In this document: in pieces, positions 51,103 to 64,000 of the stretch
Layout: each line of letters begins with the position of its first letter
Numbering within the stretch: the first letter of the stretch is position 1
NCBI GenBank assembly: GCA_973895155.1
Contig: OZ316895.1
Span: 22,456,558-22,520,557 of the forward strand
DNA: 64,000 bases
Source: Marsupella aquatica
Lineage: Eukaryota; Plantae; Marchantiophyta
Direction of reading: 5' to 3'
Notes under the pieces: model-generated
Databases searched by the model: none
What the model was told of the DNA's origin: nothing
Seen by the model: only the letters and a program-made list of their open reading frames with translations
Program-made: the position numbers and the translations under genes

Positions 51103-54100
51103 TCAGTATCTTGGTCTTTTGCTGTAGTCGTAGCCCGCTGTTTGAACTGCTGCCTGACTGGGTTGACCATAGGTTGACACTATTGCTGCTGATGGCTGTT
51201 GATATCCCGCCACTAAAGAACCTGATTGCTGATAACCAGAGGTAGGTGCTGCAGCCACCTGTTGATAAGCACCTGCAACAGCTGGTGCATACCCAGAGGT
51301 AGCAGATGCCTGCTGTGGATAGGTCGGAATTGCAGCTGCAGATTGTTGAGGATAGCCTACTGCTGATTGCTGGTAGCTAGTCACTGCTGCTGAAGGCTGC
51401 TGCTGCACACTGCTTGTAGTACCTGCCTGCTGCTGATAAGCAGTTGTACCACTAATCATTTGCTGTTGGGTGAAGCCTGCACTTGCTGTTACTGGCTGCT
51501 GCTGATAATTGTAGCTTTCCTGCAGAATGAATGCCATTTTGGATAACTTGAGACAACACTATTATGAAAGTAGAAAACATAGGTTGACTCTAATTTGAGA
51601 CTTAGGCAAAAGCCTAGAAGGTTCAAAGACTCTTTGGCAGATAAGCATCACACAAATGAATCGGGAATGTAGTTCAAAAAGCAAACACATCTGGTAACAG
51701 CGTGGAACGAGATGAGCTTTTGCCCATGGCTTTGCTTACTCAACATTCATTGCTAAGGCCGCCTTTCATTCTGGGTTAGTTCCACCAGACTTCATCTTTA
51801 ATCCATACAACTTTTTCAGAAAATGCTGCACAGCAATTCTCACCTGGGCTTGAGTTGTGTAATCTATCTGATCTGCTGTCCGCTTTTGGCCAAGATCCAC
51901 TGATGAAGGTTGCTGCAGGTAGATGAACCAAACATAGTTCTTTGGTAAGAACTTGACAAACTCTCATATGATGTAGAACTAAATATAACTTTCTAGGCAG
52001 TAAGCCCCACATTCCACTACTGCATCATCGACTGAGGACAATTCATGAGGAATTTAACAGTCCTACCCACCACTCCATGTATGACATAAATATTTGCGTG
52101 TACAAGACCTGTAATGGAAATCTCAGCAAAACGCTCCGAGGTAGCAGTCACTGACGCCTATCAAAAGCATCTAAATCTGCACAGACTATATCGAAGCTTC
52201 CTCGTGAATCCTTGACTGACAGCTTCATTGATTGAAGTAGAAAAGGTGCCCATGTCTTTCACAAAAACAAAAGCAACGAAGACCATTTTGAAAGAGACCT
52301 GGTAGTAAGCAGCAGTCCCTGCATAGGATTGCTGTTGGTCATAGTTGATTTGCTGTTGGTCATAAGCAGCGGTACTTCCACTCTGTCAAGACAAACAAGA
52401 CCAATCAGGGACAGAACGGATGACTGGATGGAAACAAGACCAGACGACGGGACGGAGAAACCATATCCACATGGTAAAATAATACTAATGTAGTGATGAT
52501 AAATGATAATCACTAAGTATGAAATATTTTCGGTAAATGTCATCCTTCACATTCTAGAAATCACTATAAAAGGAAACTTACCGCTTGCTGATGAGCAGCC
52601 TGCGCGGCATAGTAGGCAGCCCACTGAGCTTCGAGACTGGTGCTCGAGCCTACTGTTGACGCTGTAGTTGTCTGTGAGGTGGTTGTTCCAGCTTGTGAAA
52701 CAGCCTCCTGGGCCTATATCAATTACGCAAGCTCATGTACATTCAAACCCAGACAAGCTACACTACCATAAACCGATGAAAAACCAAAAACAACAAAATT
52801 GAAGAAACTATAAACCCATAAAGGCCGTTGTTTTCTTACTATGTGGTGTATTGACTTTTGGTATTCCCCCAAAAGTCAATTCACCACATAGTAAGAAAAC
52901 AAAAACAAACACTAAAACAAATCAAAACAAAAAAAATCCAAAAGAAACTTAACTATCACAAATCCAGCAGCTGGAACTCAAAAGATTCATACCCGTTGCT
53001 GGTAGTACGCAGCATAAGCTTGCTGCTGTTGAGAGGCGTCTAATGTTTGGGCTGGGGTACCTACTGCAGTAGCCGCAGCTACAGCCACCGGAGTCTGACT
53101 CTGTTGAGTTTGAGTTTGAGTTTGAGGCTGTTGCTGTTGGGCGTAATAGTTTGCATAGTCCTGTTGGGTATACTCAGCTGAAGCTTGCTGCTGAGGTGTT
53201 TCCATATACTGCTGAGCAGTTGGTTGCTGACCATACTGTTGGACTTGTTGGACCTGCTGTTGTTGCTGTTGTTGCTGCTGCTGCTGCTGATAATGTTGGG
53301 AATACTGTTGCCCATACTGCTGGGCATATTGTGCATATTGTGGCTGTGTACTTACTGCAGCCTGAAATTTTGAGAACCATGAGAACTACTAAAGGTGCCC
53401 AAATATGTTACAATAGCCTCGATTTATTCCTCGCTTTGACACTGGTGGGAAAATTCGGAACTTAAGGTTTGCATATGTTCAAAACAAACCTATATATTTC
53501 TTACAAATATATAAAATTATAAGATGTTGTTTGTATTGTCTTACAGAAGTCTTACAGCACTTTGACACTTGTTCACAAAAGTTTACACTTGTTTAGGAAG
53601 GGTTTCCAAGACACGCGACCCACAAACGGTTGATATTTCTTTCACCAGCTTTCACCAGCTTGACCTTTTGCCAAATAGAGGTGACCTATGGGTCGAAATG
53701 AGGAAGTGCGGACCAAATTCATGCGGGCTTAGGTGAGAGATTCCTGTAGAGCACTCCCAAAAACTTAACCACTGCACCTAAGCATCCAAGGATTTTATAA
53801 ATGAACGATATCGATACTCTTACTACGGCATTTTCTCCAGTCAGTGTGAAACACGTGGACTGCGTAGAAATTGGTACCTGTGCTGATGGTTGAGCAGGTT
53901 GTTGATAGTATGCCTGCTGTTGAGAGTACTGCCCAAAATCAGGTACAGCGATCTAACAAGATATGTAGCCAGCGTTAGCGGAAATCGTTCTGTTACTTAT
54001 TCCCATTCCACGATAAGAGCTATCAATGATTTAGTTTCGACTAGGACATGAGATCCATAGGAAAGACCTGCCCTGTTGCTTGCTGCTGCTGCTGCTGTTG

Positions 54101-57100
54101 TGGTTGTGGAGGTGATTGTGGCTGAGCTTGAAGTTGCTGCTGGGCATACTGTTGTGTGGGGAGTGAATAGTACTGCGAGCTGTAAGACTGTTGAGACTGC
54201 TGTGAAGCTGGTGCTTGCTGTACAGATTGCGGCTGCTGATAAGGAAATAGAGAAAGCCCCAAAAAAATGAGAAGCAGTCGAGAAGAACTAATTGTATGAG
54301 ATAAATGCGAAAGAACAAGACCAAACTCACAAGTTCAAACGAACCTGGCCCACAGACATTACAACAAAACAGCGCTTCCCATCCAATTTGAGATCAATAT
54401 AAGTCTTTACTGGAAAAGAAAACTTGACCGGACAACAGGGTACACAGTTGACTAGCTGCAGTGCCACACCTAGGGCTCCAGTGAATTGTCTAAGTGTCAT
54501 CCACCTTGAAGGTAAACAAGCGAGGCGCGTTGTAGAATTTAAAACGTTGGACATGATCATTCGGTTTCCTTTTGACGTATTTGTTAGGTAGCCAGGCCTA
54601 TCCCTCCTAGAAGACATCCTCGCTAGATAAACCAACCCACGAGAGATGACCACGCATTTACAAAACTAAAAGAACTTAGGTGAAATACTTTCCGCCAAAA
54701 TTCTAGCTTTGGGAAATAACAAAGATGCTACACACCTGGTATTGTGCATGTGACGCACTTTGAAGTTGCGCAGCTTGCTGGTAAGGTTGTTGATAAGAAT
54801 ACTGCGAGCCACCCTGCTTGTATAGCTGATCTAGCCCACTTGACTGTGACTGTTGTTGATAATAGTTGTGTTGCTGCAAGATGTGCAACATTTGAACTGG
54901 ATGTGAAAACTCCAAAGCAGCTGCTGACTTTCCTGACGACAAATAAAACTGTATGCGAGAGCAACAATACTCACAAATACCACAGAAGGGATGCTTTAAA
55001 AGGATATAACCGCAAATTCCAGAGAAAGAAACTTACTGGCGTGAGCTGAGCTTGCTGGGCAGCCATTTTCCGGAATTGCTCTAACCGTTCTTGCTCTGCA
55101 GCGCTCTGTTTTGGATCTGGCTGCGACTGCTTTGCTTGTGCCTGTCCAGTCCAGTCCAGGGGGATTTGTTCTGGTTACCACCAGCCAAAACCTTGGGAAT
55201 AGATCTTCAAAAAACATTACTGTAATGCAATCATCTAACCATCACTCACCGCTGCTCTTGCTTTTGCTTCCTCCTCACGGGCCTTCGCCTGAGCTGTAGC
55301 AACCTATATACCCACAGTTCTTAACTTAGATAGATTGCGAATCGTATTCAAGAGAAGTATGGAAAATTTCTAGGGTTCCCAGCTATGATGCTTTCCAACA
55401 GTCCCCAAATATACTGTCTAATATGTCTAGGAATACACCTAAAATGTCCAAGATAATCTAAGGTAAGAGAATGGCTGACCTGTGCAATCGCAACAGAGCT
55501 GATTGGAACCGGACCTGGCAAAAGAAATCAATATTTAACACTTAAATCCACTCAAGCAACGCCAACAACCCTCTACAGTTTTGTCAACCAACGACCGTCA
55601 ATGAAAGCAAGCGGCCAGCTCCAGTTGTGGAGACAACCAGATTATATTAAATTAGGTCAATGCTCAAGTAATTTGACATCACCTCTTGCTGATGGAAGTC
55701 GAAACCCTTGCTGCCCATAGCCTCCAGTCACCAGTGCACGTTGTCCAGTGTGACCGAGAATCAATCCCGGACCCCTGCCAATCATGCCTGCAGCAACTGA
55801 ACCGGGTCCAAGCATACCAGCACCAGCCCCTATTAGAGGAGACACTAGGTTTCGACCAATCATCCCGGGTCCAACTGGAGCTCCTCTCCCAAATTGCTGC
55901 AAATCAAAACTGTTAGCATCAGGAAACACCATTCCATATCTGACATAACGCAGAAATATGCCACTAGCATATGATGCTACCAACCGAAAATTCCTTTCTA
56001 TTTTAAAAACTTAAATGCATTCACAAAATACATTTACAAAAGATCTTGCAACGAATATATTGACTAGATTTGCAACCTAGACAAAGGCTTTGCTGTAAAA
56101 CACCCCGATTCAAACACGGATGTCCTCACCATTCCAATGCTCATTCCAAGAATATTACTTCGGCCATGCGCTATAAAACGATTCCCAACTACAGGCATGC
56201 CCATTGGACCCCTCATGGCTGCGCCAACCACAGGCCCACCGGGCCGTATCGCTTGATCTGGAAAGGCAAAAGTAACGTTCGTTGAGTATTTTGCTTTCAA
56301 CGACAAGACGTATGCTATCAGTTCAATTTATGAAATACTAAGGCATGTGACGAAGTGATACGAAAGTCCAGCCTGCAGTATTCCGTACCTGGATATGTTC
56401 CTCTCCCATGGTTGACCGCACTTTGGACTGCACCTTGGGTCCCAAACCGGGACTTGTATGACTGGATTCAAGTAAAAAGAAACCCAAACAACGATCAATT
56501 ACACCACACCTTCCCACTTCCAATAATCTATCAAAGGTTCAGTCCTGGAGGGAAGTCTCACAGAAACTTCACGTGTACCCTGTTTCGTCCCGAATTGAAC
56601 GGAAAACATATACTACCAGCCAGGAGTTGTAAGAATCGTTTCTTACTCATTAAATACAGTCAGCATAACTAACTTTGCACAAGCTTGTGTATTGCTTCGT
56701 GCATCTATTGCTTTCAGGTCTTGGCAAGTTTTTCTGGAAATCCTTAGAAAGCTTCGATTCAGGATAAGGGGGCTCTAAAGTAAGAGAATTGCTCGATCTG
56801 AGACTGTACCTGTGCTGACTTTGATGGATTTGCAAAGCTAACTCGAATATTTGATCCCTCCACCTCCTTTCCATCTAAAGCTTCATGTGCTGTATATGAA
56901 GACGGGATGACAACAGTCAATTGCGAGAAAGATGTTTATGACTCGCACGACAAAAGTTATTGCAATTAGTGATTTTACAGGTCTATAAGAAGGTTGCGGT
57001 ACATGTGTTACAGGACAATCAAGGAGACCATGTGCGACTGAGCCTCTCAAATTCATTGAGCAGAAGATAAACATATGTACCCTTGTCAGCAAAGATTGAT

Positions 57101-59147
57101 TGATAGAAGTCTATAAATCCAAAGCCCCGAAGCTGTTGATTAATGCCAATTGCCAAGTGGCAATCTCTTACTCTTCCAAACTTCCCAAAAATATTTCTGA
57201 GTATCTGCTCAATCTGAGATACAAGGATCAAACATAGTAAATTAAGCTGAATGTCCAATACGAGAATGTACAAATCTTCGAATTCAATTAATTGCGAGGT
57301 GAAAAGGTGAAAAAGTCCATGCATGCCCATGAGATATAGAACTGAAGCAGTCTTTAGATAAATACGAATAGTACAATAATCTTACATTAGCGTTATCTTT
57401 GGCTATGCGATCAATAAACAGAACCGTGGAGAACATGTCAGAAATCTTTCGACAGTCCGACCACTCTACTCTGAGTACACGCCCATCCATGTTGATGTTT
57501 CCCATCGCTACTTTTGCTGCACTTGCCTGAAAATCAGATGAATATCACTTAGTTTATACTCAAACACGGCAATCAAACAAGTGCACCTCAATTAAGAAAA
57601 ATGGATTATAGATAATTGTACAGAGAAGCACGTCGGTATAAAATACAAAACATCAGAACAAGGTACAGCTTTAGCTTACAACAACGCTGCTCTATGTATT
57701 CCACTGATAAAAAAATTCACTCCTTACTAGTAGCGCAAGTCGTACCTGAGACTTTAGGCTGTACTCTACAAATCCATAGCCTTTGCTTCGACCAGTAACA
57801 TTTCTCAAAACCTGTCACAATATGCTTTGTATCACATTACAAAGTTACCATACTCATGTACGAAAGTCCCGGGAGAGATTGAACGACAGAAGTGCATTTC
57901 AAAACCGATCACCACTGATGCTTTCTTCCTCGTAATTGAATCCAATAATACATGGAACGATGCACAAGCCAAGGAAACTTACGAAAGCTCGCTCCACGGT
58001 CCCGTGCGACTCAAACATTTGTCGCAGCACCTCATCGTTAATTTCAGGTGTAAGGTTCCCAATGAAGAGAAGAGAGTCAGGACGAAAGGGTTCCACCGCG
58101 AGAGTTCTGTCCTTTATTTGCTTGTTGTTGATGCTTTCACGCACTTTGGCAACAACATCATCGCTTTCGGCACCAGATGGCTCATACCGCACAATAGCAG
58201 AGTCTCTCCTATCATTTTCAAAGACGATACTTACAATCTTACCATGTGGACTTAGGAACGGGAAAAGATCCTGCAAGTACGACCGAGGAACCCGATGACA
58301 AATACACTGGTTAGACTCGACAATCACACTCACAATCTCCATAAATTGCGGGGAGCTTCGAAATCCTTCTAGCTCGGTAAGGCCTACGTCATAGAGACAT
58401 CTCACTTCAATGCGATGGAAATGAACCTCAGGATGCAAAACTACAAGGAGCGCGGCTAAGAATTTCAGCTTGCTTTCACTGCCACCAATCCTACATTCAT
58501 TTTGAACGATAGTCCGTTTCAATACTACCAGGCCCAAGTCTGTCCATGCCCGCATCTTAGTTTGCCAGAACCGTTTTGCCAAACGAAATTGCTATGCCAA
58601 TCCTTTCTCAGTTGGAACAAGGGTTCCCCACCTCTTCTGTCACGACTCCTCCGAGACCAGTGATATGCACACATGGTTTCGCGTGCCAATGCGGCAGGAT
58701 GGTAATGCCATCACTCTCCACAGCCGAATCGTCTCCATTTTCCTCCCTTTTAGATCCTGAGTTCCCATTAGCAACCACTTTCGACTCGCCTCCGTTTCTC
58801 TCCTCGTCCTTAAGCCCGTTCACGGCGTCAACCTTAAGATCTACCGGTGCGGCAGGCTCAACCTCTACCGTAGAATTATTTGATTTTTCAGCAACCGTTG
58901 TCGCTTTCACGGACTCCCCTTCCTCATTCATAGATTCTCCTTCCGCTTTCACGGATTCCCCTTCGGACTTCACTGTCAGAGGTGCACCTGACTCATCCGC
59001 GGGTTCCACTTCGGGCTTCAATGCGAGAGGTGCGGGCGACCCCTCCTCAGCCTTCGAGACTTCTTCGTCCGTTTGACCCGCTGTGCCGTTGGTGAGGACC
59101 TCAGCATTCTGAGTAGCCTCCAATGCTGCCCCTTCTTCCGTTGTCAT
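51103..59147 (-). CDS. Triple-RRM RNA-binding protein resembling Raver1/2, with G/M-rich and Q/Y/A-rich C-terminus (~1071 aa, 19 exons)
   Basis: Phase-consistent GT-AG exons: 59147-58632, 58270-57983, 57811-57746, 57526-57386, 57213-57081, 56889-56810, 56461-56389, 56257-56130, 55896-55683, 55514-55480, 55303-55250, 55141-55037, 54873-54736, 54235-54068, 53952-53878, 53361-52993, 52713-52582, 52382-52299, 51519-51103 (3216 nt). RNP motifs LFIGNL, KGYGFVEY, RGFGFIDF. Ends in KRPRY. Confidence 0.92.
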
Positions 59148-62100
59148 TCTTGCTCTTCCTTACCGGAACCAAAAAACGAAGAATTCCAAGTGTAAATTTG
59201 AACGAGAGCGGCTAAAGAAATTTCTTCACTTCCAGCGCCAACTTTAACGTTCACGATCAAGTCCTTGTATTCTTCGTGGCGATAGAATTTCCGACCCGAA
59301 GAAAGGCCACAATCGGAAGAATTGTTTGTAAGGCTGTCTAGACTGACCGGTTTTCTTTGAAAACGCTTCTTGATATTCGTTTGGACATCTTGTGAGATGA
59401 AGCCGCAACCATAAAGTTTGTTCTTGAAGAGTTCTCGAAGCCTATCAACAGCAAGTTTCACAAAAAACGTTCACAAGAATTCGTTGGCTGACGCAAGATT
59501 TTTAAAATCAGCCAAAGTAACCGTTGCCCACCGTTATCCGCGTCTCTACGAACTCTCAATTATGCCCGCAAGGTCCTCCACGAGACAACATTCAAAGGAA
59601 ATTCATAAACCTGATAATGTTGCCAGAGAAATGCTTAAAGGAAAAGGGACTCGGAATCTATCTGTGCCTGATGTAGCGCGAGCACACTGTGGAGAGACTA
59701 CTCGTCCTCTAATTTTCATAAGCGTCCACTCCCAAGTCGGACCATACGGAATAAATTAGGTCAAGATTGTCTAAAATTTCAGAGGAGGTCAGGTCAATGC
59801 ATCGCGAACCCATCCGCACCAAATCACGTGAATGAGCATGAAACGTGAGGAATCCAAAACAAGGATGTGAAAAACATTGCCAAAACCCTCCAAAATCCTC
59901 TCAGCTGCCAAATTAAAGAACTCCGTAGAACGAAGGGAATCCGTCAAAAAGATTCAACAATCAGAGACCTCAAATCAATTGCCACCAGTTAACGGCACGC
60001 TCCATCCGATGGAAGGCATTATTTTCTCCCCCGAAGCAAGCGTAGAACCTCCACAGCTGCCGTTTCCGTCTGAACGACAAAGTGCCGAGCGACCACGACG
60101 CGGAGGAGGAGCAGGAGGAGGCATTGCTGCGAGCAAGAAAGAATAAGAAGAAGAATAATAAGAACGGAACGACAGCGAGCGCACGAAAGCAGAGGAATCG
60201 GAAATCAATCGATTTTCGCACCACGGGATGCGGCAAACCGCTTGGTTTCAACGTTTCAACGTGGGATTGGAGGAACAGCTCTGATCCTATGGAATCTCGT
60301 GGGGAGACTGTCAATTCCTTCCGAGAAAATCGTGTCCACGAAGCTTTGGCAATGGCAGCAGTCAAGGCTGTAGCAGCCCTAACGGCTGGGGGCTGCTCCT
60401 TGCCAGTGGACTTCCTCGAGAAAACCGGGAGTACGGAATTTCGGTAACGCAGCGAAAACCCACATTCTCGCAATTTCTAATATGCCCATGTTCAGAAAAC
60501 TTGGGAGTACGAAACTCCCGTAACAAGAAGGAGAAAAACGGAGTGGATGAAATCGTGTATTTAAAATAAATATATTGCTTGCCATGGACAAGCTTGAAAA
60601 TAAATAAAGCCAGATTGACTTGGGGATTTGCTTGAAGCCACGATGGACTTACACCTGGCACATTGTCTACACATGCTAGGACAATATGTTTTTGGGTTTT
60701 GAGTAAAATTTGACCTGTAAATGGCTCCTTATGTGTTGCACAACCTGTTTTTGGCTGACCTTTGTGGTGGGACCCCAAAATGCCCCCAAATCTTTTTTCT
60801 GCATATACTATTTTGTAAGTATGATTCTCCAAAATATAGTGTACAATACTAAAGAGAAGATATTTGTAACAATTCAGCTTTTGTGACCAACCCTCTTTGG
60901 TCATGGGCCTGGTGATTAGTTCACCCAATGGTGTGTTGCTCCCCATGCCCAAACTATTCCGGGCATCTTTTCCAAAAATGAAGCATTCTTTCCAAAGCGA
61001 GTTTATAGTTGGTCTAGGTGCGTGGGAAAAACTACTTAAACATATTGCATTGGAATACCACCTTAGCTAGTTATAGTGGCATTAAACTGAGTACAAGTTT
61101 GAAGAGCTCTACAGTAATGTTCTAAGCAAAAGTGAAGCATCTTTCTAAAGTAAAATCTGTCACTTTTTTCCAATATAAATTGATTGATAATTTTACTCAG
61201 TCGATGGAGATGGGCTGAACAATCCCCTTGGTCCATCCAAGCTTAAAGCACACTTACGGGCAAAACTGCCTCCGGAGTGCTTAATCAAACACTTCTCCCC
61301 TGTCACTTGTCAGACAAGCAATGCTCCCTGCACCTCCCAGCAGCCTTTGGATTCCCACTTGCCCTTGTGCGATCAAGGGCTCGAAAGAAAGGTCTTGCCT
61401 AGATCTACTGTTGGTAAAACTTTTAGCCAAGCTATGGAGTAATCCATTCAAATTCAAATTCTTGCTATCTTGGAAATTAATATTTTGGGCATCTAGCCAT
61501 TGCATCAGCCCATTTCAGAAGGCATTATAGTGTTTACAAGAAGATCTCAACAAGATCTATGCCTAGTTTTTTCTGTTTAGGAAATGAATAAATCAAAAGC
61601 TATAATAACAGGTTCCCCCAGAAAATACAGTGGTTGTCATTTGAATTTACAGGCCCCAAAAGAACTAATGTAACTAAAGAGAAGGAATAAAATAAGAAGA
61701 GAATTTAATATAGTGTGACGGAAATAGAAATGCACAATTCACAAGCAACACGAGATCCAATAGGACAAAGAAAAAGGGGAGGGCCTCTAACAATGGAGGG
61801 GGATCAAGGAGACCTTTCTTGAGATAGGTCAATACGTTGTGGTCCCCTTTAGCCTGCCCCCACCTGCCCAAGATTAAAAACTTAATTAAAAATTATAAGT
61901 AAATTATTTAAATTAAAAATTTAGATTAAGAATTTGTAAGGAAAACTTTGAATTTTTTTAAAACATTTGAATAATAAATAAATATATAATATATATTTCT
62001 GTGAACATTTAAAACTTAAATTTTTTTCCTATTACTTGCTTGTGCTTGGATTCTATGATGTGATGGTTGCTCCCATGGTTGCTATCTCGTGTTTCCAATT

Positions 62101-62209
62101 TTTATGTGTAACACACAGGTTACTAAACACGACCACAACAATTATATGGCCGATAGCACGCTGACTTAACATGCCTTAACAACTACATCGCAAAGCTGAT
62201 ATATTGTAA

Positions 62210-62660
62210 CCTCGCCTTGACATCTTTTTCTAATTTTTACATATTTATCTCTACTTAACATCTTTACCTTCCCTTGACATCTTTTTCTCACATTGACGTC
62301 TTTATCTCAACAAAAAAAAATTCTCACCCTCAACGTATTTCTCTCTTATCAAGATCTTTTCACACCTGACTTGATATATTTTGTTCACCTCAATATCTTT
62401 TCTCATCTTGACATCTTCTCTTTTTCTTTGGCTATTTCTCATCTCACAATCTTTTTATGACCTTGATATCTTTTCCTCACTCTCAACAACTTTTCTCTCT
62501 TTGACACCTTTTCCTCATCTTTACATCTTTTCTCACCTTGCTATATTTTCTCTCCTCAACATCTTTTTCTCAAATTGACTTCTTTTCCTCAACTCAACAT
62601 TTGTTTCTCTCATCTACATTTCTATTCCCCTTTATGTTCCTCCTCTTTTTCCTTTGCCTC
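62210..62660. repeat. Pyrimidine-rich degenerate repeat tract (TTGACATCTTTTCTC-like), probable TE relic
   Basis: Many imperfect ACATCTTTT(T/C)CTC units. Confidence 0.55.
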
Positions 62661-63262
62661 TTCCCTGTGAGAGTGACCTTGCCGCTCCTTGAACAACCAT
62701 GTCCTCCTCTCTTTGCAATTCCTCCCAACACAATCCCCATCCCGGCACCCATCCCCACAGAGATGTGTCTACACAAGGGAGTTGTTGGAAGGGAGGGTTG
62801 ACCAAGTAGGGTGACTGTCAGAGTGAGCTGGGCTGGCAAGGAATGGTGTCCCAGAACTGGAAAGGTTCGGACACAATGAGGGCAAGTCGGTGCTGGGAGG
62901 TTGCTGTGCATTAGTGTGGGCTCGGCAAGGGAAGGCTATGCTGTGGGGTGAAAGGTCTCGTAATCTCACGGCCGGGAAAAAGAGGCAGCATATCTAGATA
63001 ATTCCGGGTATTTGAATTAATTAGGTCAGGTTTGGTATTATAAAAACTATGCAAGCTAACCCCAAAGATCAAACATTGTCAAATTTTATTTAAGGAAAAA
63101 GAAGACCATAATCTCTTCAGGTAGTGCCTTTTGTTTCAAAGACTGGGCACCATTGAACATTACTACCTTGACGATGTTCTAATGGTGGAGACAACACTAG
63201 ATCAAGTACAATTTGGTGTCACCCGAGAAGAACATTAATCGACACTCAATGTGACTATTGCC

Positions 63263-63620
63263 AACCAACTGGCTTTGGTCAGTTGGCCAGAGAATGAGCC
63301 TAGAACCGAGAGGTCCCACGTTCAATCCTCCCTCCACACGCAAGGGGTGTGGAGACTATGTGTGTGTGGGTGGGGTGTAGTGGTGGGAGTATTGGTTATC
63401 CCCTTAGCCTCTAGCTGGCCACTTTGGGGTTCTGATTCAATACTTTCTCCCTCCTGGTCTGGTCCTGTTGGATCCTTGGGGATAGTCCCCTTGTGGCTGC
63501 CTTACATAGAACTGTTACTCGCCTTGTGGCTGCCCTGCATAGAAGTCTCCTAGTGGGCCTTACATAGACGTCTATGCTCTCTTGGATGGGTCTGCTTTAG
63601 TTTTCAAGGCAAAAAAAAAA
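63263..63620 (+). mobile_element. tRNA-derived SINE (copy 2)
   Basis: AACCAACTGGCTTTGGTCAGTTGGCCAG...GAGCCTAGAACCGAGAGGTCCCACGTTCAATCC head, same GT-rich body, tail TTGGATGGGTC...TTCAAGGC-A10. Internal duplication of CCTTGTGGCTGCC. Confidence 0.85.
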
Positions 63621-64000
63621 TACTTACGTTGATCTGATTGGCTGTTGGATAGTGTGCAATCTGTGAAGAAGGCACACGAATTCGTTGCATCAACAGTTTG
63701 CTTGAATGGTAAGATTTACAGTCTTTGATCAGATATGTACCTACAGTAGGTAGCTACCATTACGGAAGTAGATTCTATACTAGTACTGCAGCGGTTGTCA
63801 AATATAAGTTTCTAGACGAGTAGAGACTCTGAGCAGTACTTTGGAATAGTAAACATTGAACGACACAACTCCTCCCGTTGCCATCAGCAACGAAGTGGGA
63901 GGAGCGGCTTCAGGATAGTTCCTACTAAGGTACACAGAGTCCTCTGTTGCGAACCCAACGTACTCATGAGTGAGCGAGGCGTTTTCGAAAGAGCAGAACA

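Noticed and set aside
59877-60952. ORFs of 70-196 aa upstream of the RRM gene
   Set aside because: No motifs, overlapping on both strands; consistent with 5' UTR or promoter sequence.
62100-62130. Helitron-like 3' hairpin (TGTGTAACACACAGG)
   Set aside because: No CTRR terminus or matching 5' TC end could be defined.

Overview
Eukaryotic nuclear DNA with GT-AG introns and plant-type genes. A non-seed land plant such as a liverwort is my inference, not established. Host genes: tRNA-Val(AAC); a two-exon membrane protein, probably plastid-targeted; a 7-exon chloroplast phosphoglycerate kinase; a BOU-type mitochondrial carrier; a UBP1/2 (USP16/45-type) deubiquitinase; and a 19-exon triple-RRM protein resembling animal Raver1/2 with a long Q/Y-rich tail. 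The main discovery candidate is an ~11.2-kb DNA transposon (5519-16675) with 19-bp TIRs starting CCC and an 8-bp TSD (GATTTTCC). It encodes a decayed ~1,500-aa transposase with P-element/THAP9-like catalytic motifs but no THAP domain, plus unknown cargo ORFs. A separate 461-bp non-autonomous element (32577-33037) has the same CCC...GGG ends and its own 8-bp TSD. Also present: several MITEs, two copies of a tRNA-derived SINE, an L1 zf-RVT relic and a degenerate tandem array. Family assignments come from motif recall, not database searches; gene models were spliced by hand.
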